Origin: Basidiobolus meristosporus CBS 931.73
Lineage: Eukaryota > Fungi > Basidiobolomycota
Assembly (NCBI GenBank): GCA_002104905.1
Contig: MCFE01000074.1
Span: 1-64,000, forward strand
Length of the DNA stretch: 64,000 nucleotides
Reading direction: 5' to 3'
The notes beneath the pieces were generated by a model. That model made no database searches. It was not told where the DNA came from and saw nothing but the letters and a program-made list of their open reading frames with translations. The first letter of the stretch is position 1; every line of letters begins with the position of its first letter. Below, in pieces: positions 11,201 to 22,947 of the stretch. The translations under genes were made by a program, and so were the position numbers.

Positions 11201-12545
11201 ATGGCCTTGATTTTCCAGTATTGTGCACAAACTACAGCGATGATCTCATATAATAACCAATACGGCTACATTGTTGTTGGGCGAGGCTCTGCAGGTGCGG
11301 TTGTTGCAAGTCGTCTCTCTGAGGATTCCACCACCACAGTTCTGCTCGTTGAAAGGCGTATACAGTGGATCGATATCCAAAGGAGGTTGAGAGCCATAGC
11401 TACCTCTATGGCACCCCTGATATATGGTGAGGTCTTCCTGAAAACAACCAAGCCGGTCAGCCATCAATGTTTGGGTGTGGGCACGCAGACTCCCAACCGA
11501 TTTCTAACGATGGACGAATAAATATGGATTGAAAGGCTGGGCGTTTGAGGATGTCTTGCCGTAGTTCAAAAAATCTGAAGATGATAATATTCAGGACACA
11601 AGCAGCATTAGTTCTCACGGAAGTGGCGGTCCAATCCATGTTCACCGCTATAAGCTAGAAGAGATATCCTCTCTTCATGCCTCTCCATGGAAAGCGATGG
11701 TGGCTGCTGGCCATCCAAAAGTACAGGATTTTAATGGAAAAGAAACACTGGGAGTTGGTGCAAGGACAACAAACGACTGCACACAGGCACCGCCTACCTT
11801 AACGACAGCGCATGGCAGAGGCCGAATCTCACGATGCTCCCCGAAACTACAGTGAACAAAGTTCTGTTTGATAGAACAACTACCACTAGTATTATTGCGG
11901 CGCATGGTTCGAAGTTTGTTGCACGCAAAGAAGTCATCTTGACAGCTGGTGCTGTTGGAACTGGTACTATCTTACTACGCTCTGGTATTGGGCCCACAGA
12001 GGATTTAGCGAGCCTATCCATCCCACTGGTAGCAGACCTTCCAGTTGGAAAAAATCTGCAAGATCATGCTATTCTCGGTCAAACCCGGGTCACTGACCTT
12101 CGAAAAAGACCAACCACTCCTAACTCCTTTCCTGCGTCCGGCCTGAGGCTGTTTATTAGCAAGGACTCAGAGTAAGCGCCTCTGATCGACGCTAACCTTT
12201 TTGGTGACCCTAAGGATGTTCATAAGGTGATAGATGCTATTTCCTTAACTAGCCAGATCATGCAGAGCAGGCCCAATGGCTGACGTTTCCCTTGGTCGAG
12301 TCTATCCTGCACTGACATGACTGCAGCTCTCGAAGTAGATCAGCGATGAAGCAATGAGCTATCATCATGTAACCTCCACAGCCCCCATGGGGTGTGAAGA
12401 GGAGGTTGTGGACAACCACGGGCGTGTATTTGGCATTCGAAAACTACGCATTGCTGATGCCTCCTGCCACCCCGATGTCATCTCGGCGGCAACCAATCCA
12501 ACCACAATTGCCGTGGCCGAAAGATCACGCTTGACATACAGTTTG
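11201..12545 (+). pseudogene. GMC (glucose-methanol-choline) oxidoreductase pseudogene
   Basis: Fragments in different frames: YIVVGRGSAGAVVASRLSED..VLLVE (FAD GxGxxG), EVILTAGAVGT..LLRSGIGP..DLPVGKNLQDH, and YHH..TAPMG..VVD..GRVFGIRKLRIADAS..TNPT..AVAER. There are stops, frameshifts and missing middle segments, with no splice signals bridging them. Confidence 0.8.
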
Positions 12546-12789
12546 GGCTATGATATGGACTGTATTCAAACTAGGTTTATATATAAATCAATGTAACCAG
12601 CCTCGTAGGAGTATTTAACATCATAGTAAATAGAAGAATGTTTGACGAGGCCGACCATCAAGCACAACAATGAGAGGACAAAATTCAAATGCTTTGAACA
12701 AAAGTATCTTGAGAATACAAAAAAACCACCGTCGATCCAGTATGTTTCTCAGGCACAGGGAGGATAGTTCATAGATCAGATATGATTCG

Positions 12790-14882
12790 CTAATCTCTGG
12801 TCAATAACGAGGTTTTCCTGGTTCTTGGCGTCCCAGTTCTAGAAAGGGTGGGTGTTGTGGGAGGGGCGGGCGAGTTGATCGTATCGCCGAACAGTGTCGC
12901 CACTGCTGGCTTTCGGATGGTTCTTCTATCAGTATGGCTTGGTGTGCGTACCGGTGTTGAGGGCAGCGGTGGTGGCGGTGATGAAAGCTTGCGATACCGT
13001 GGTAATGTAGAGGCGTTGCCCGACTTCAACCGGGTGCGTGGAGTGTGTGGGCCATTAGTGCTGCTGCTCGCCAATGTGGGGCGTTGAGAAAAATCAATCG
13101 GGTTGGGCATCTGTAACGGAGTATGAACCGAATCGCCAGAGTCGTTCGAAGAAACCGAGCTACGACGCTCTTCTATATTGCTGGTACGTGAGACGCTGCG
13201 TACTGTGGTGCGTGAGGCAGGACGGCGTGGAGTAACTGCTGGACGCGATGGGGAGGTAGGTCGATGCACAGGAGTTCCACGGGTAGGTGTACCAGAGTAG
13301 CTGACAGTTCGAGGCTTAACGGGCGTTCCATTGCCAAAACCAAACACGGTTAAATTGACTGGGCGCTCGGCGATTTCCTGCTCGAGTACGTCCATATAGC
13401 GCTCATTGTTGTGGATAAATGGCTTGTTCTCCTCCAGCTCGTAGTTGAGAATGGCATTGATGAGCTGCTCTTCGAAGCTCAGAAGGTTGGGATACGCAGT
13501 TTTCCGCCACTTCTCCTCCTGGTTCAGCTGGAAGGAGCTGCGGAACAAACGACGAGGGTCCGAGGCGGTTTTCTCGAAGTCAATCATCTTTTGAATTAAC
13601 TCTCTGCGCTCCTTCATTGCCGAGAAGATGGGATGGCATTTGTCATAGAGGTCCTCAAGCTGAATTAATTCCTCCCGAATGATATCCGCTCGTTCTTCTT
13701 TGTCAACGCCCTCCATGATGCGTAGCAGTACAACGTTTCGTACATCTTGACTAATCTCGCATTTCTCCCAGAAGTCGGTTAGTCGAAGTTTGTAGTCATC
13801 AATAAGCTGGTCCAAGTTGACCATAAGCGTCTCTCGCAGGCGATCGTGCTCATTCTCGATCTCGGCCAATGCATCGTCCTCATAACCGTCCTTGAACTCT
13901 TTGTGCTTGAACTCTGGAGTCTCCAAGTCTTTGTAAAGTCTGGCGATTTTCTTCAAGAGAACCGCACGCCGCTCTTTGCGCTCCGCGAGGATCCCGTTGT
14001 ACTGAAGCTGCTTTTGCTTCATCATCTCAACGCATTCCCCAGATAATGTGAGCGGCGGTCGATGGGGTAGATACCACTCGAGTTTTATTGGATCCAAGCC
14101 AGCCGCAACATTGGAATACTTCTCGTCCAAACCAGTGAACCGGTCAACCAATGCCTGCTCAATGTCATCAGATGGTGTGAATTTGATGCTCTGCCATACT
14201 TGGTGCATATCCGTAGCTGCGCTATTGAACTCTTGAACTCTAACTTCCTTCAGCTCGGTGATGTCCCGCGCCGCGTATCTTACAAAATCTACTGTGCTTG
14301 GACTCAGATCATTTGGCGACTAGGATGATGGAGAAAGGTGTCAATCGGCCAAGTAGTGAAAGCAGGCAATAAGAAATTGGCCTTACCGGACTAGGGAGCT
14401 TCTCCATCTCGAACAGCTCCTTTGTTAATCTTCGAAGTGTCAGCATAGCCTTATCGAACACTTGTTTTTGTTGAGTAAGCTCGTCGTCAAGACGGTTACA
14501 CAAGGTTTTAAGCTCAAGGTAGTTGGTGTACAACGATCTCGAACTGATGGAAGTTTTTTGTGGCAAATACAAGTCAACATTGCGGCCCAAAGAGGAGCAT
14601 TTCTCCTCGACTGCCATCTAGAAAAGGGACGTTAGTGGAGGTTGGAGTGCGATGAGGGATTGGTTTTGAGGATACCTCCAGATCTTCCACTTCAGCCTTG
14701 AGCATAGCATGTTGCTTGGCCTCGTCCGATACTAATCTGTCAAGTTCCCGCAAGGCAGGCTGAAATTTCTCCTCGGCCCAAGTAGGAATGGAGGAGTTAG
14801 AATCTACAGATTTTGTTGAGTAGTACCCAAGATCACTCCATAGCGTGTGAAGATGGTGAATTCGAGAATGAAATAACTCCAT
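12790..14882 (-). CDS. ASE1: Ase1/PRC1/MAP65 microtubule-bundling protein (exons 14882-14676, 14617-14387, 14319-12790; about 655 aa)
   Basis: Coiled-coil rod, DPRRLF..LNQEEKWRK..PNL..EEQL..YE.E..KPF motif typical of MAP65/Ase1, and a basic S/T/P-rich C-terminal tail. Canonical GT-AG introns keep the frame. Confidence 0.8.
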
Positions 14883-15319
14883 CTTTTGAAACTAAACAAA
14901 AGTGTTCAAGGTATTTGGAGAGGACGTAGATGTCAAATGAATAACAAAATCGATGGTGACTGATGGGAACTATATCCAACAAAATAGTGAAAAGGAGGCA
15001 AATGAAAGGGATGGAAGAGGACCGGATTGCAAGAAAAAAAAGAAGTGTTGTAAGTTGTAGCAATTACAGGATGAACCAACCCAGGCGTAATATATTTGTA
15101 TCAAGACCTGTTGATCAAAACCACAAAATAGTCTCGAGAAAGTAAACAAAAGCAAAGCAAAATCCCAGCTTTTTCTAATTATGTTAATCATAGCATTCGG
15201 AGAATCGATCGAATTTCCCCGAAATGCTAAGTAGGCGATTATCCCGCCAACCTTCTAATTGGAATAGGAACCATGGAGTCATTAGAAATACCAACCGTTT
15301 AGGTATTGTTTATTAGCTT

Positions 15320-15868
15320 TTATGTTGACTTTTTGCGTTTGCTCGCAAGCACTTTCTCAACCAAGTTTATGACAGCCTTGCGTCCCCCGATTTTCTTCAC
15401 CAAACCGTTGAGAACGTCAAGACCACCGTAACCATCAAGAATACCGTAAACCGATGCCAGGCGTTTACTCTTTTGGATGGAGCTATATAGGTTTTTGGTA
15501 TCTATACCATCGGGATTGATGATAGCATCAACAATACCGGCAAGTTCAACATCGAATTTTTTCCCGTATGAGCGCAAATAGCGATGGGCAACCTGGTTGA
15601 CAATTGACCCTTTGATTCCTCCCCCAGCTATTTTGGAGATGAGATTTTGTTTACCAAATCCGAAGAGTTGGTCTTTCATGGCCGGATCAATCTCACCCTC
15701 ATTAAGGAGTGCATCCATGTTGTTCATCTCAGCCTCCTCAATGAGTGTGTCCATATTGTTCATCTCGGCCTCCTCAAGAGCCATCCTGCTGGACGAATCT
15801 GCCATGGTGGGTGTAGACCACATCATGGCCACAACAAGTGCAATGGATGTGGAGGTGATGAACTTCAT
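15320..15868 (-). CDS. Orphan secreted protein (182 aa) with acidic pro-like repeat and basic C-terminal half
   Basis: Signal peptide MKFITSTSIALVVAMMWSTPTMA; duplicated EEAEMNNMD(T/A)L unit; Lys/Gly-rich remainder. TATAAAA upstream at about 15918-15924. Confidence 0.7.
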   Translation of the reverse strand: MKFITSTSIALVVAMMWSTPTMADSSSRMALEEAEMNNMDTLIEEAEMNNMDALLNEGEIDPAMKDQLFGFGKQNLISKIAGGGIKGSIVNQVAHRYLRSYGKKFDVELAGIVDAIINPDGIDTKNLYSSIQKSKRLASVYGILDGYGGLDVLNGLVKKIGGRKAVINLVEKVLASKRKKST

Positions 15869-16181
15869 GATGGGAGAGGAAGTGGATAGGGTGACGGTCA
15901 ACTCGCCACCGCTTCTCTTTTATAATGGGATGGAATGCCACGAGACATGTCAGATGTTCCTTGCATACTGATCGGCAGAAGCAATACGAAACGAGTTGCT
16001 ACAAGATGAGAATATTGATGACGATATTTATTACGATGTTTATTACGATGTTTGAATTTATGAAATGTCCAATTAGGTTTACGATGAGAGCACAATAATC
16101 ATCGAATAAAATGTCCATGTAGAGTATGTTAATATATTGTGATATCGACCGATTTTCTAGCCAGTGAAACGTTCAGTTTCC

Positions 16182-18736
16182 TTAGTACTGCTTGCGAGCA
16201 GCGCGAGCAACAGCCACCAAGTTCTTGAGGGCTGCTTCGGTCTCGGCCCATCCACGGGTCTTCAGACCGCAGTCAGGATTGACCCAGACAAGCTCGTGGG
16301 GCAGGAGCTTGACGATATCGCCGAGACGCGCCTCCATCTCTTCCACAGATGGGACTCTGGGGGAGCTAGAAAGAGAATTTGCCATCAGTCATTGCTGCAG
16401 AAGAAACACTGCTGAAACGCTGCATTGAGTGGTGATGCTTGACTATGCCACAGCATGCACCACTCAGCGTCACCTCGCTGCCTAATATCATCGCTTCTAC
16501 TTACTGAATGTCATAGAGTCCGGGGCCGATCCAGTTGGTGTACGAGTGAGTCTCGAAGGCCGACAACAGCTTCAAGTCCGACTTGGAGTTCTCGATGGTG
16601 ATCACATCGGCATCCATGCGCTTGATGGAGGGGAAGATGTCGTTGAAGTCAGAGTAGCACATGTGGGTGTGGATCTGGGTAGAGTCCTCAACACCAACGC
16701 TGGACAGCAAGAAGGCATCGACAGCCCATTGGAGGTATTGCTTCCACTCGTTCTGGCGGAGGGGAAGCTGCAATGTGGGGAGAAGATGGGGGGGAGGAGA
16801 GGGGTGAGGAGGGGCGGAGGAAGTGAATAGATTAGTATGATGGCCGGTCAATTGAGCAAACGACATTGCTACTTACTCCTTCACGGATGGCTGGCTCATC
16901 GATCTGGATCACTGGGATGCCTGCCTTCTCCAAGTCCTGCACTTCGTCACGAATGGCCAAGGCAAGTTGGAATGCGGTGTCCTGGCGAGGCTGGTCATCT
17001 CTGACGAAGGACCACTGAAGGCAGGTGATGGGACCGGTCAGCATGCCCTTCATTGGCTTCTGGGTGAGGGACTGGGCATACTTGATCACATCCACAGTCA
17101 TCGGCTTGGGACGGTGGATATCTCCGAAGATGATGGGTGGCTTGACGCAGCGAGTGCCGTATGAGGCAACCCAGCCGTTTTGGGTGAACACATAGCCATC
17201 CAAGTTCTCGCCAAAGTACTCGACCATGTCGTTACGCTCACTCTCCCCGTGGACGAGCACGTCAAGGCCAATATCCTCCTGGAAGCGGACGGTCTTCTCG
17301 ATCTCGCTCTTGATGAAGGAGTCGTACTCCTCTTGGCTCCAGTCTCCCTTGCGGACCTTGGAACGGGCGAGACGGACCTCCTTGGTTTGTGGGAAGGATC
17401 CGACGGTGGTGGTGGCAAACTTGGGGAGGCCCAACTTCTTCTCCTGGCTTTGTCTACGCTCGGGGAATGGCGAGTTGCGCTTGAACATCTCGGGGGTGAT
17501 GTTCTTCAAGCGGTCCTGGACAACCGGGTTGTGGATTCTTGGTGATGTGGCACGGGCTTGGATGGACTTGCTGTTGGCCTCCAACTCGGCCTTGACCGAA
17601 CCAGCATCATCCACAGCCTTGGCGAGGATGGTCACCTCCCTGAGCTTCTCAACTGCGAATGAGAGCCAGTCCAAGATCTCGGGCTCGATCTTCTTCTCTC
17701 CCTCAATGGAGTGAGGGGAGTGCAAGAGGGAGCAGGAGGGGGCAACGATCACACGGTCTCCGCCGAGCTTGCTCACAGCCTTCTGGACACTTTCCAAGGC
17801 CTTGGCGAGGTTGGTCTTCCAGATGTTACGGCCGTTGACCAAACCAAGAGAGAGGATTTGGGTGGAGTTGATCTTCTCCAACACGGTGTCCAATTGCTGA
17901 GGGGCTCTGACCAGGTCGACATGGATGGCGGCAACTGGAAGGCTGGTCAACACATCGGTGTTGTCTCCAACTTGGGAGAAGTAGGTGGCGACGAGCAGCT
18001 TCAAGCTGGATGAAGCCTTGCTCAAGGTCTCGTAGACTCCCTTGAAGCTGGACTTGGCTTGCTCGGTGAGGTCGAGGGAGAGGAACGGCTCATCAACTTG
18101 GACCCAGGTGGCTCCGGCCTCGGCCAGTCTTTGCAACAGTTGCTCGTACGCCGAGACGAGGGATGGAAGAAGGGAGAGCTTGTCGAAGTCACCGCTGTCC
18201 TTGGCGGTCTTACCCAAAAGCAAGTAGGAGATGGGACCAACGATCACGGGACGGGTGTGGATTCCGAGCTCCTTGGCCTCCAAGAACTCGTTGACAACCT
18301 TGGCCGACTTGGCAAGGGTGAACTGCTGACCCTTTTGGAACTCCGGGACAATGTAGTGGTAGTTGGTGTCGAACCACTTCTTCATCTCCATGGCTGGGAC
18401 ATCGATCTTGGCTGCTCCCTCAACAGCTGGCTTCTGGAGTCCACGACCCATGGCGAAGTAGGTCTCGAGTCCAGGTGCAAGGTGTTGGTACTTCTGGGGG
18501 ATCACTCCGAAGGTGATGGAGTTGTCGAGGATGTGGTCATAGAGGGAGAAATCACCACTGGGGATGTGGTCGATACCCTTCTCTTGTTGCAGCTTCCAGT
18601 GGCCAACTCTGATTTCCTTAGCGCCTTGGAGCAGAGCCTCTTGGGTGACCTTGCCAGCCCAATAGGATTCGATGAGTTTCTTCAACTCACGATTAGCTCC
18701 GACACGAGGGAAACCTAAGTTAGAAGAGAATACCAT
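16182..18736 (-). CDS. MET6: Cobalamin-independent methionine synthase, copy 1 (exons 18736-16877, 16767-16505, 16365-16182)
   Basis: [53 protein letters not shown]|LPLR, HTHMCYS and [11 protein letters not shown]. Two GTAAGT..AG introns (109 and 139 nt) restore the frame. Confidence 0.97.
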
Positions 18737-19339
18737 GATTATATTTGAAATGAATGCAGAACAGAGTTCGGTGACAAATTTAGTCGCAGGGCCTCACCCT
18801 TATATAACCGGGCATTGTGACGGTGGTAAGGACTGATATGGGAGTTTACACTTACCCCGAATTATTAGGACAATTAGGGTTACGAATAGATTAGCCGCAT
18901 CTTGTTAATCTATGGCAAATGAATGGTTTCGGTGTTTATCACCAGCACTTGACTACAAAAGCGGCAATCCATTCAAGATGTAGATCAATCACGTAAGATT
19001 GCTTGGTTGTCGAAAACCGATGGCTCAGCATTACTACAATGCTCGGACCCAAAATTCTCTCGATGGTGTGAAAGTACCAGTGAATGGATTGGATGTAGTA
19101 CATGCTCGTTGGAGAAGTAATCGCACCCAAGCCACCATCGTGGTGTTTAAGGGTCAACAAGTGAGCTCAGTTTTGCCAGTTTTGCATACAAGCCTAAGCA
19201 TTTCATTATGTTAAGTTGTATGGAAGGAGTGCGCTGTGCTAATGGCCAAATATGTGAAACGATTCAAGGATACGTGCTCACATCAGGACCCTACATGCAA
19301 TGACGTGCTCTATGATTGACAGGGTGGTACATTGAAGTG

Positions 19340-19390
19340 GAATAATGGTGGGAATAATGGTGGAAATAGTGGTGGAAATAATGGAATTAC
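19340..19390. repeat. Short 12-bp tandem repeat (GGAATAATGGTG-like, about 4 copies) in the MET6 spacer
   Basis: ggaataatggtg ggaataatggtg gaaatagtggtg gaaataatgg. Confidence 0.6.
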
Positions 19391-19901
19391 TAAATTAGTA
19401 TTCTAGTGAGTGACTGCTACCTAGCGTGCTATCACGGCAATTTGTAGCTTTTGGATTGGTCATTGCAGTTATACAATCCACTTCACATGCTAGGACTGCT
19501 TGCGATGGTATATTTATGATGCGTCTTCATGGCAGTTGTAGGATAAGACTGCCATGCTGGGGTATTTTACCTGTCCTATTTGAGAAAAGTCCACTCATGG
19601 AATTAGTGGACCATTAGAAGGCGTCTTGACAATCATAAGAGATCTAGAATACTATGACTCAAACCGACAACTTATCATTGAATGAATACATGCTGCACTA
19701 ATAGTAGCAGAGGTAACAAGAGGTAGTGGAGTGCGTGGCAAATGTTGGGTGGAAAGCAAGGGGAGATGATTATTTCTCTTTTACGCTATATCAGGAACCT
19801 TATAATAATTAGTCACGAATCCAATGAACGCCGCCACTGCTATAAATACTTTTGATTTGTGTATTCATACACACCGACCAATTCAGTCTACAAGCAGTAA
19901 A

Positions 19902-22440
19902 ATGGTATACTCCTCAAATTTAGGTTTCCCTCGTGTCGGAGCTAATCGTGAGTTGAAGAAACTCATCGAATCCTATTGGGCTGGCAAGGTCACCCAAGAG
20001 GCTCTGCTCCAAGGCGCTAAGGAAATCAGAGTTGGCCACTGGAAGCTGCAACAAGAGAAGGGTATCGACCACATCCCCAGTGGTGATTTCTCCCTCTATG
20101 ACCACATCCTCGACAACTCCATCACCTTCGGAGTGATCCCCCAGAAGTACCAACACCTTGCACCTGGACTCGAGACCTACTTCGCCATGGGTCGTGGACT
20201 CCAGAAGCCAGCTGTTGAGGGAGCAGCCAAGATCGATGTCCCAGCCATGGAGATGAAGAAGTGGTTCGACACCAACTACCACTACATTGTCCCGGAGTTC
20301 CAAAAGGGTCAGCAGTTCACCCTTGCCAAGTCGGCCAAGGTTGTCAACGAGTTCTTGGAGGCCAAGGAGCTCGGAATCCACACCCGTCCCGTGATCGTTG
20401 GTCCCATCTCGTACCTGCTTTTGGGCAAGACCGCCAAGGACAGCGGTGACTTCGACAAGCTCTCCCTTCTTCCATCCCTCGTCTCGGCGTACGAGCAACT
20501 GTTGCAAAGACTGGCCGAGGCCGGAGCCACCTGGGTCCAAGTTGATGAGCCGTTCCTCTCCCTCGACCTCACCGAGCAAGCCAAGTCCAGCTTCAAGGGA
20601 GTCTACGAGACCTTGAGCAAGGCTTCATCCAGCTTGAAGCTGCTCGTCGCTACCTACTTCTCCCAAGTTGGAGACAACACCGATGTGTTGACCAGCCTTC
20701 CAGTTGCCGCCATCCATGTCGACCTGGTCAGAGCCCCTCAGCAATTGGACACCGTGTTGGAGAAGATCAACTCCACCCAAATCCTCTCTCTTGGTTTGGT
20801 CAACGGCCGTAACATCTGGAAGACCAACCTCGCCAAGGCCTTGGAGAGTGTCCAGAAGGCTGTGAGCAAGCTCGGCGGAGACCGTGTGATCGTTGCCCCC
20901 TCCTGCTCCCTCTTGCACTCCCCTCACTCCATTGAGGGAGAGAAGAAGATCGAGCCCGAGATCTTGGACTGGCTCTCATTCGCAGTTGAGAAGCTCAGGG
21001 AGGTGACCATCCTCGCCAAGGCTGTGGATGATGCTGGTTCGGTCAAGGCCGAGTTGGAGGCCAACAGCAAGTCCATCCAAGCCCGTGCCACATCACCAAG
21101 AATCCACAACCCGGTTGTCCAGGACCGCTTGAAGAACATCACCCCCGAGATGTTCAAGCGCAACTCGCCATTCCCCGAGCGTAGACAAAGCCAGGAGAAG
21201 AAGTTGGGCCTCCCCAAGTTTGCCACCACCACCGTCGGATCCTTCCCACAAACCAAGGAGGTCCGTCTCGCCCGTTCCAAGGTCCGCAAGGGAGACTGGA
21301 GCCAAGAGGAGTACGACTCCTTCATCAAGAGCGAGATCGAGAAGACCGTCCGCTTCCAGGAGGATATTGGCCTTGACGTTCTCGTCCACGGGGAGAGTGA
21401 GCGTAACGACATGGTCGAGTACTTTGGCGAGAACTTGGATGGCTACGTGTTCACCCAAAACGGCTGGGTTGCCTCATACGGCACTCGCTGCGTCAAGCCA
21501 CCCATCATCTTCGGAGATATCCACCGTCCCAAGCCGATGACTGTGGATGTGATCAAGTATGCCCAGTCCCTTACCCAGAAGCCAATGAAGGGCATGCTGA
21601 CCGGTCCCATCACCTGCCTTCAGTGGTCCTTCGTCAGAGATGACCAGCCTCGCCAGGACACCGCATTCCAACTTGCCTTGGCCATCCGTGACGAAGTGCA
21701 GGACTTGGAGAAGGCAGGCATCCCAGTGATCCAGATCGATGAGCCAGCCATCCGTGAAGGAGTAAGTAGCAATGTCTTGTCGTTTGCTCAATTGACCGGC
21801 CATCATACTAATCTATTCACTTCTTCCTCCCCCCATCTTCTCCTCACATTGCAGCTTCCCCTCCGCCAGAACGAGTGGAAGCAATACCTCCAATGGGCTG
21901 TCGATGCCTTCTTGCTGTCCAGCGTTGGTGTTGAGGACTCTACCCAGATCCACACCCACATGTGCTACTCTGACTTCAACGACATCTTCCCCTCCATCAA
22001 GCGCATGGATGCCGATGTGATCACCATCGAGAACTCCAAGTCGGACTTGAAGCTGTTGTCGGCCTTCGAGACTCACTCGTACACCAACTGGATCGGCCCC
22101 GGACTCTATGACATTCAGTAAGTAGAAGCGATGATATTAGGCAGCGAGGTGACGCTGAGTGGTGCATGCTGTGGCATAGTCAAGCATCACCACTCAATGC
22201 AGCGTTTCAGCAGTGTTTCCTCTGCAGCAATGACTGATGGCACATTCTCTTTCTAGCTCCCCCAGAGTCCCATCTGTGGAAGAGATGGAGGCGCGTCTCG
22301 GCGATATTGTCAAGCTCCTGCCCAACGAGCTTGTCTGGGTCAACCCTGACTGCGGTCTGAAGACCCGTGGATGGGTCGAGACCGAAGCAGCCCTCAAGAA
22401 CTTGGTGGCTGTTGCCCGTGCTGCTCGCAAGCAATACTAA
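19902..22440 (+). CDS. MET6: Cobalamin-independent methionine synthase, copy 2 (exons 19902-21761, 21855-22117, 22257-22440)
   Basis: Near-identical inverted copy of copy 1. Introns are 93 nt (21762-21854) and 139 nt (22118-22256); YDI-H-SPRVP is restored across intron 2. Confidence 0.97.
22141..22206 (+). other. Long intronic RNA hairpin in MET6 intron 2 (mirror copy at about 16416-16481 on the minus strand)
   Basis: TGAGTGGTG/CACCACTCA, ATGCT/AGCAT and TGGC/GTCA stems around an ATA loop, extendable by GACGCTG/CAGCGTT. Confidence 0.7.
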
Positions 22441-22947
22441 ATGTATACCAACAAGGCAACCAGGCTAATGTAAAGTGATTGTACACGCCGCATACCTGTT
22501 GCATTATTAATTGACAAACCAAACATCATCACACTGCCATGACGAACATTGATTAAGCGTTTTTTATGCATGTTAACCAAGAACATTCTCACTAGAAACT
22601 ATTAATAAAGATTATTAGATTATGAAGTATTTGAATATCTGGTCTTTCGAACGATTTTGAGACGAACAAGGCTTTGGGCAGAAGAATAGTCAAGATGGTT
22701 CACAGTGATAGTAAATAATGAATTAATTAGATCATTTATTACTTTTAAAGTCAATGTATTGATAGGAGAAATTTTCTAGGATCGAAATATATAATGCGCG
22801 CACTTGAAATGTACGAGGAGAGGGAAGATGAGAAAGGGATCGGGGAAAGTGTATGAGGAACGCTACAAATTTCTTTTCAATAATCTATATAAAACAAAAC
22901 ACATGATGAAGAAGGATGCACATAAAAGAACGTCGCCCATGGTCAAT

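Noticed and set aside
16010-16062. ACGATGTTTATT short tandem repeat upstream of the secreted gene
   Set aside because: Only 2-3 imperfect copies; compatible with slippage.
22128-22245. Box C/D or H/ACA snoRNA in MET6 intron 2
   Set aside because: The candidate box C (ATGATAT) lacks the G needed to pair with box D, the CTGA coincides with the branch point (ACTGAT), there is no terminal stem, and the ACA is not conserved in copy 1.
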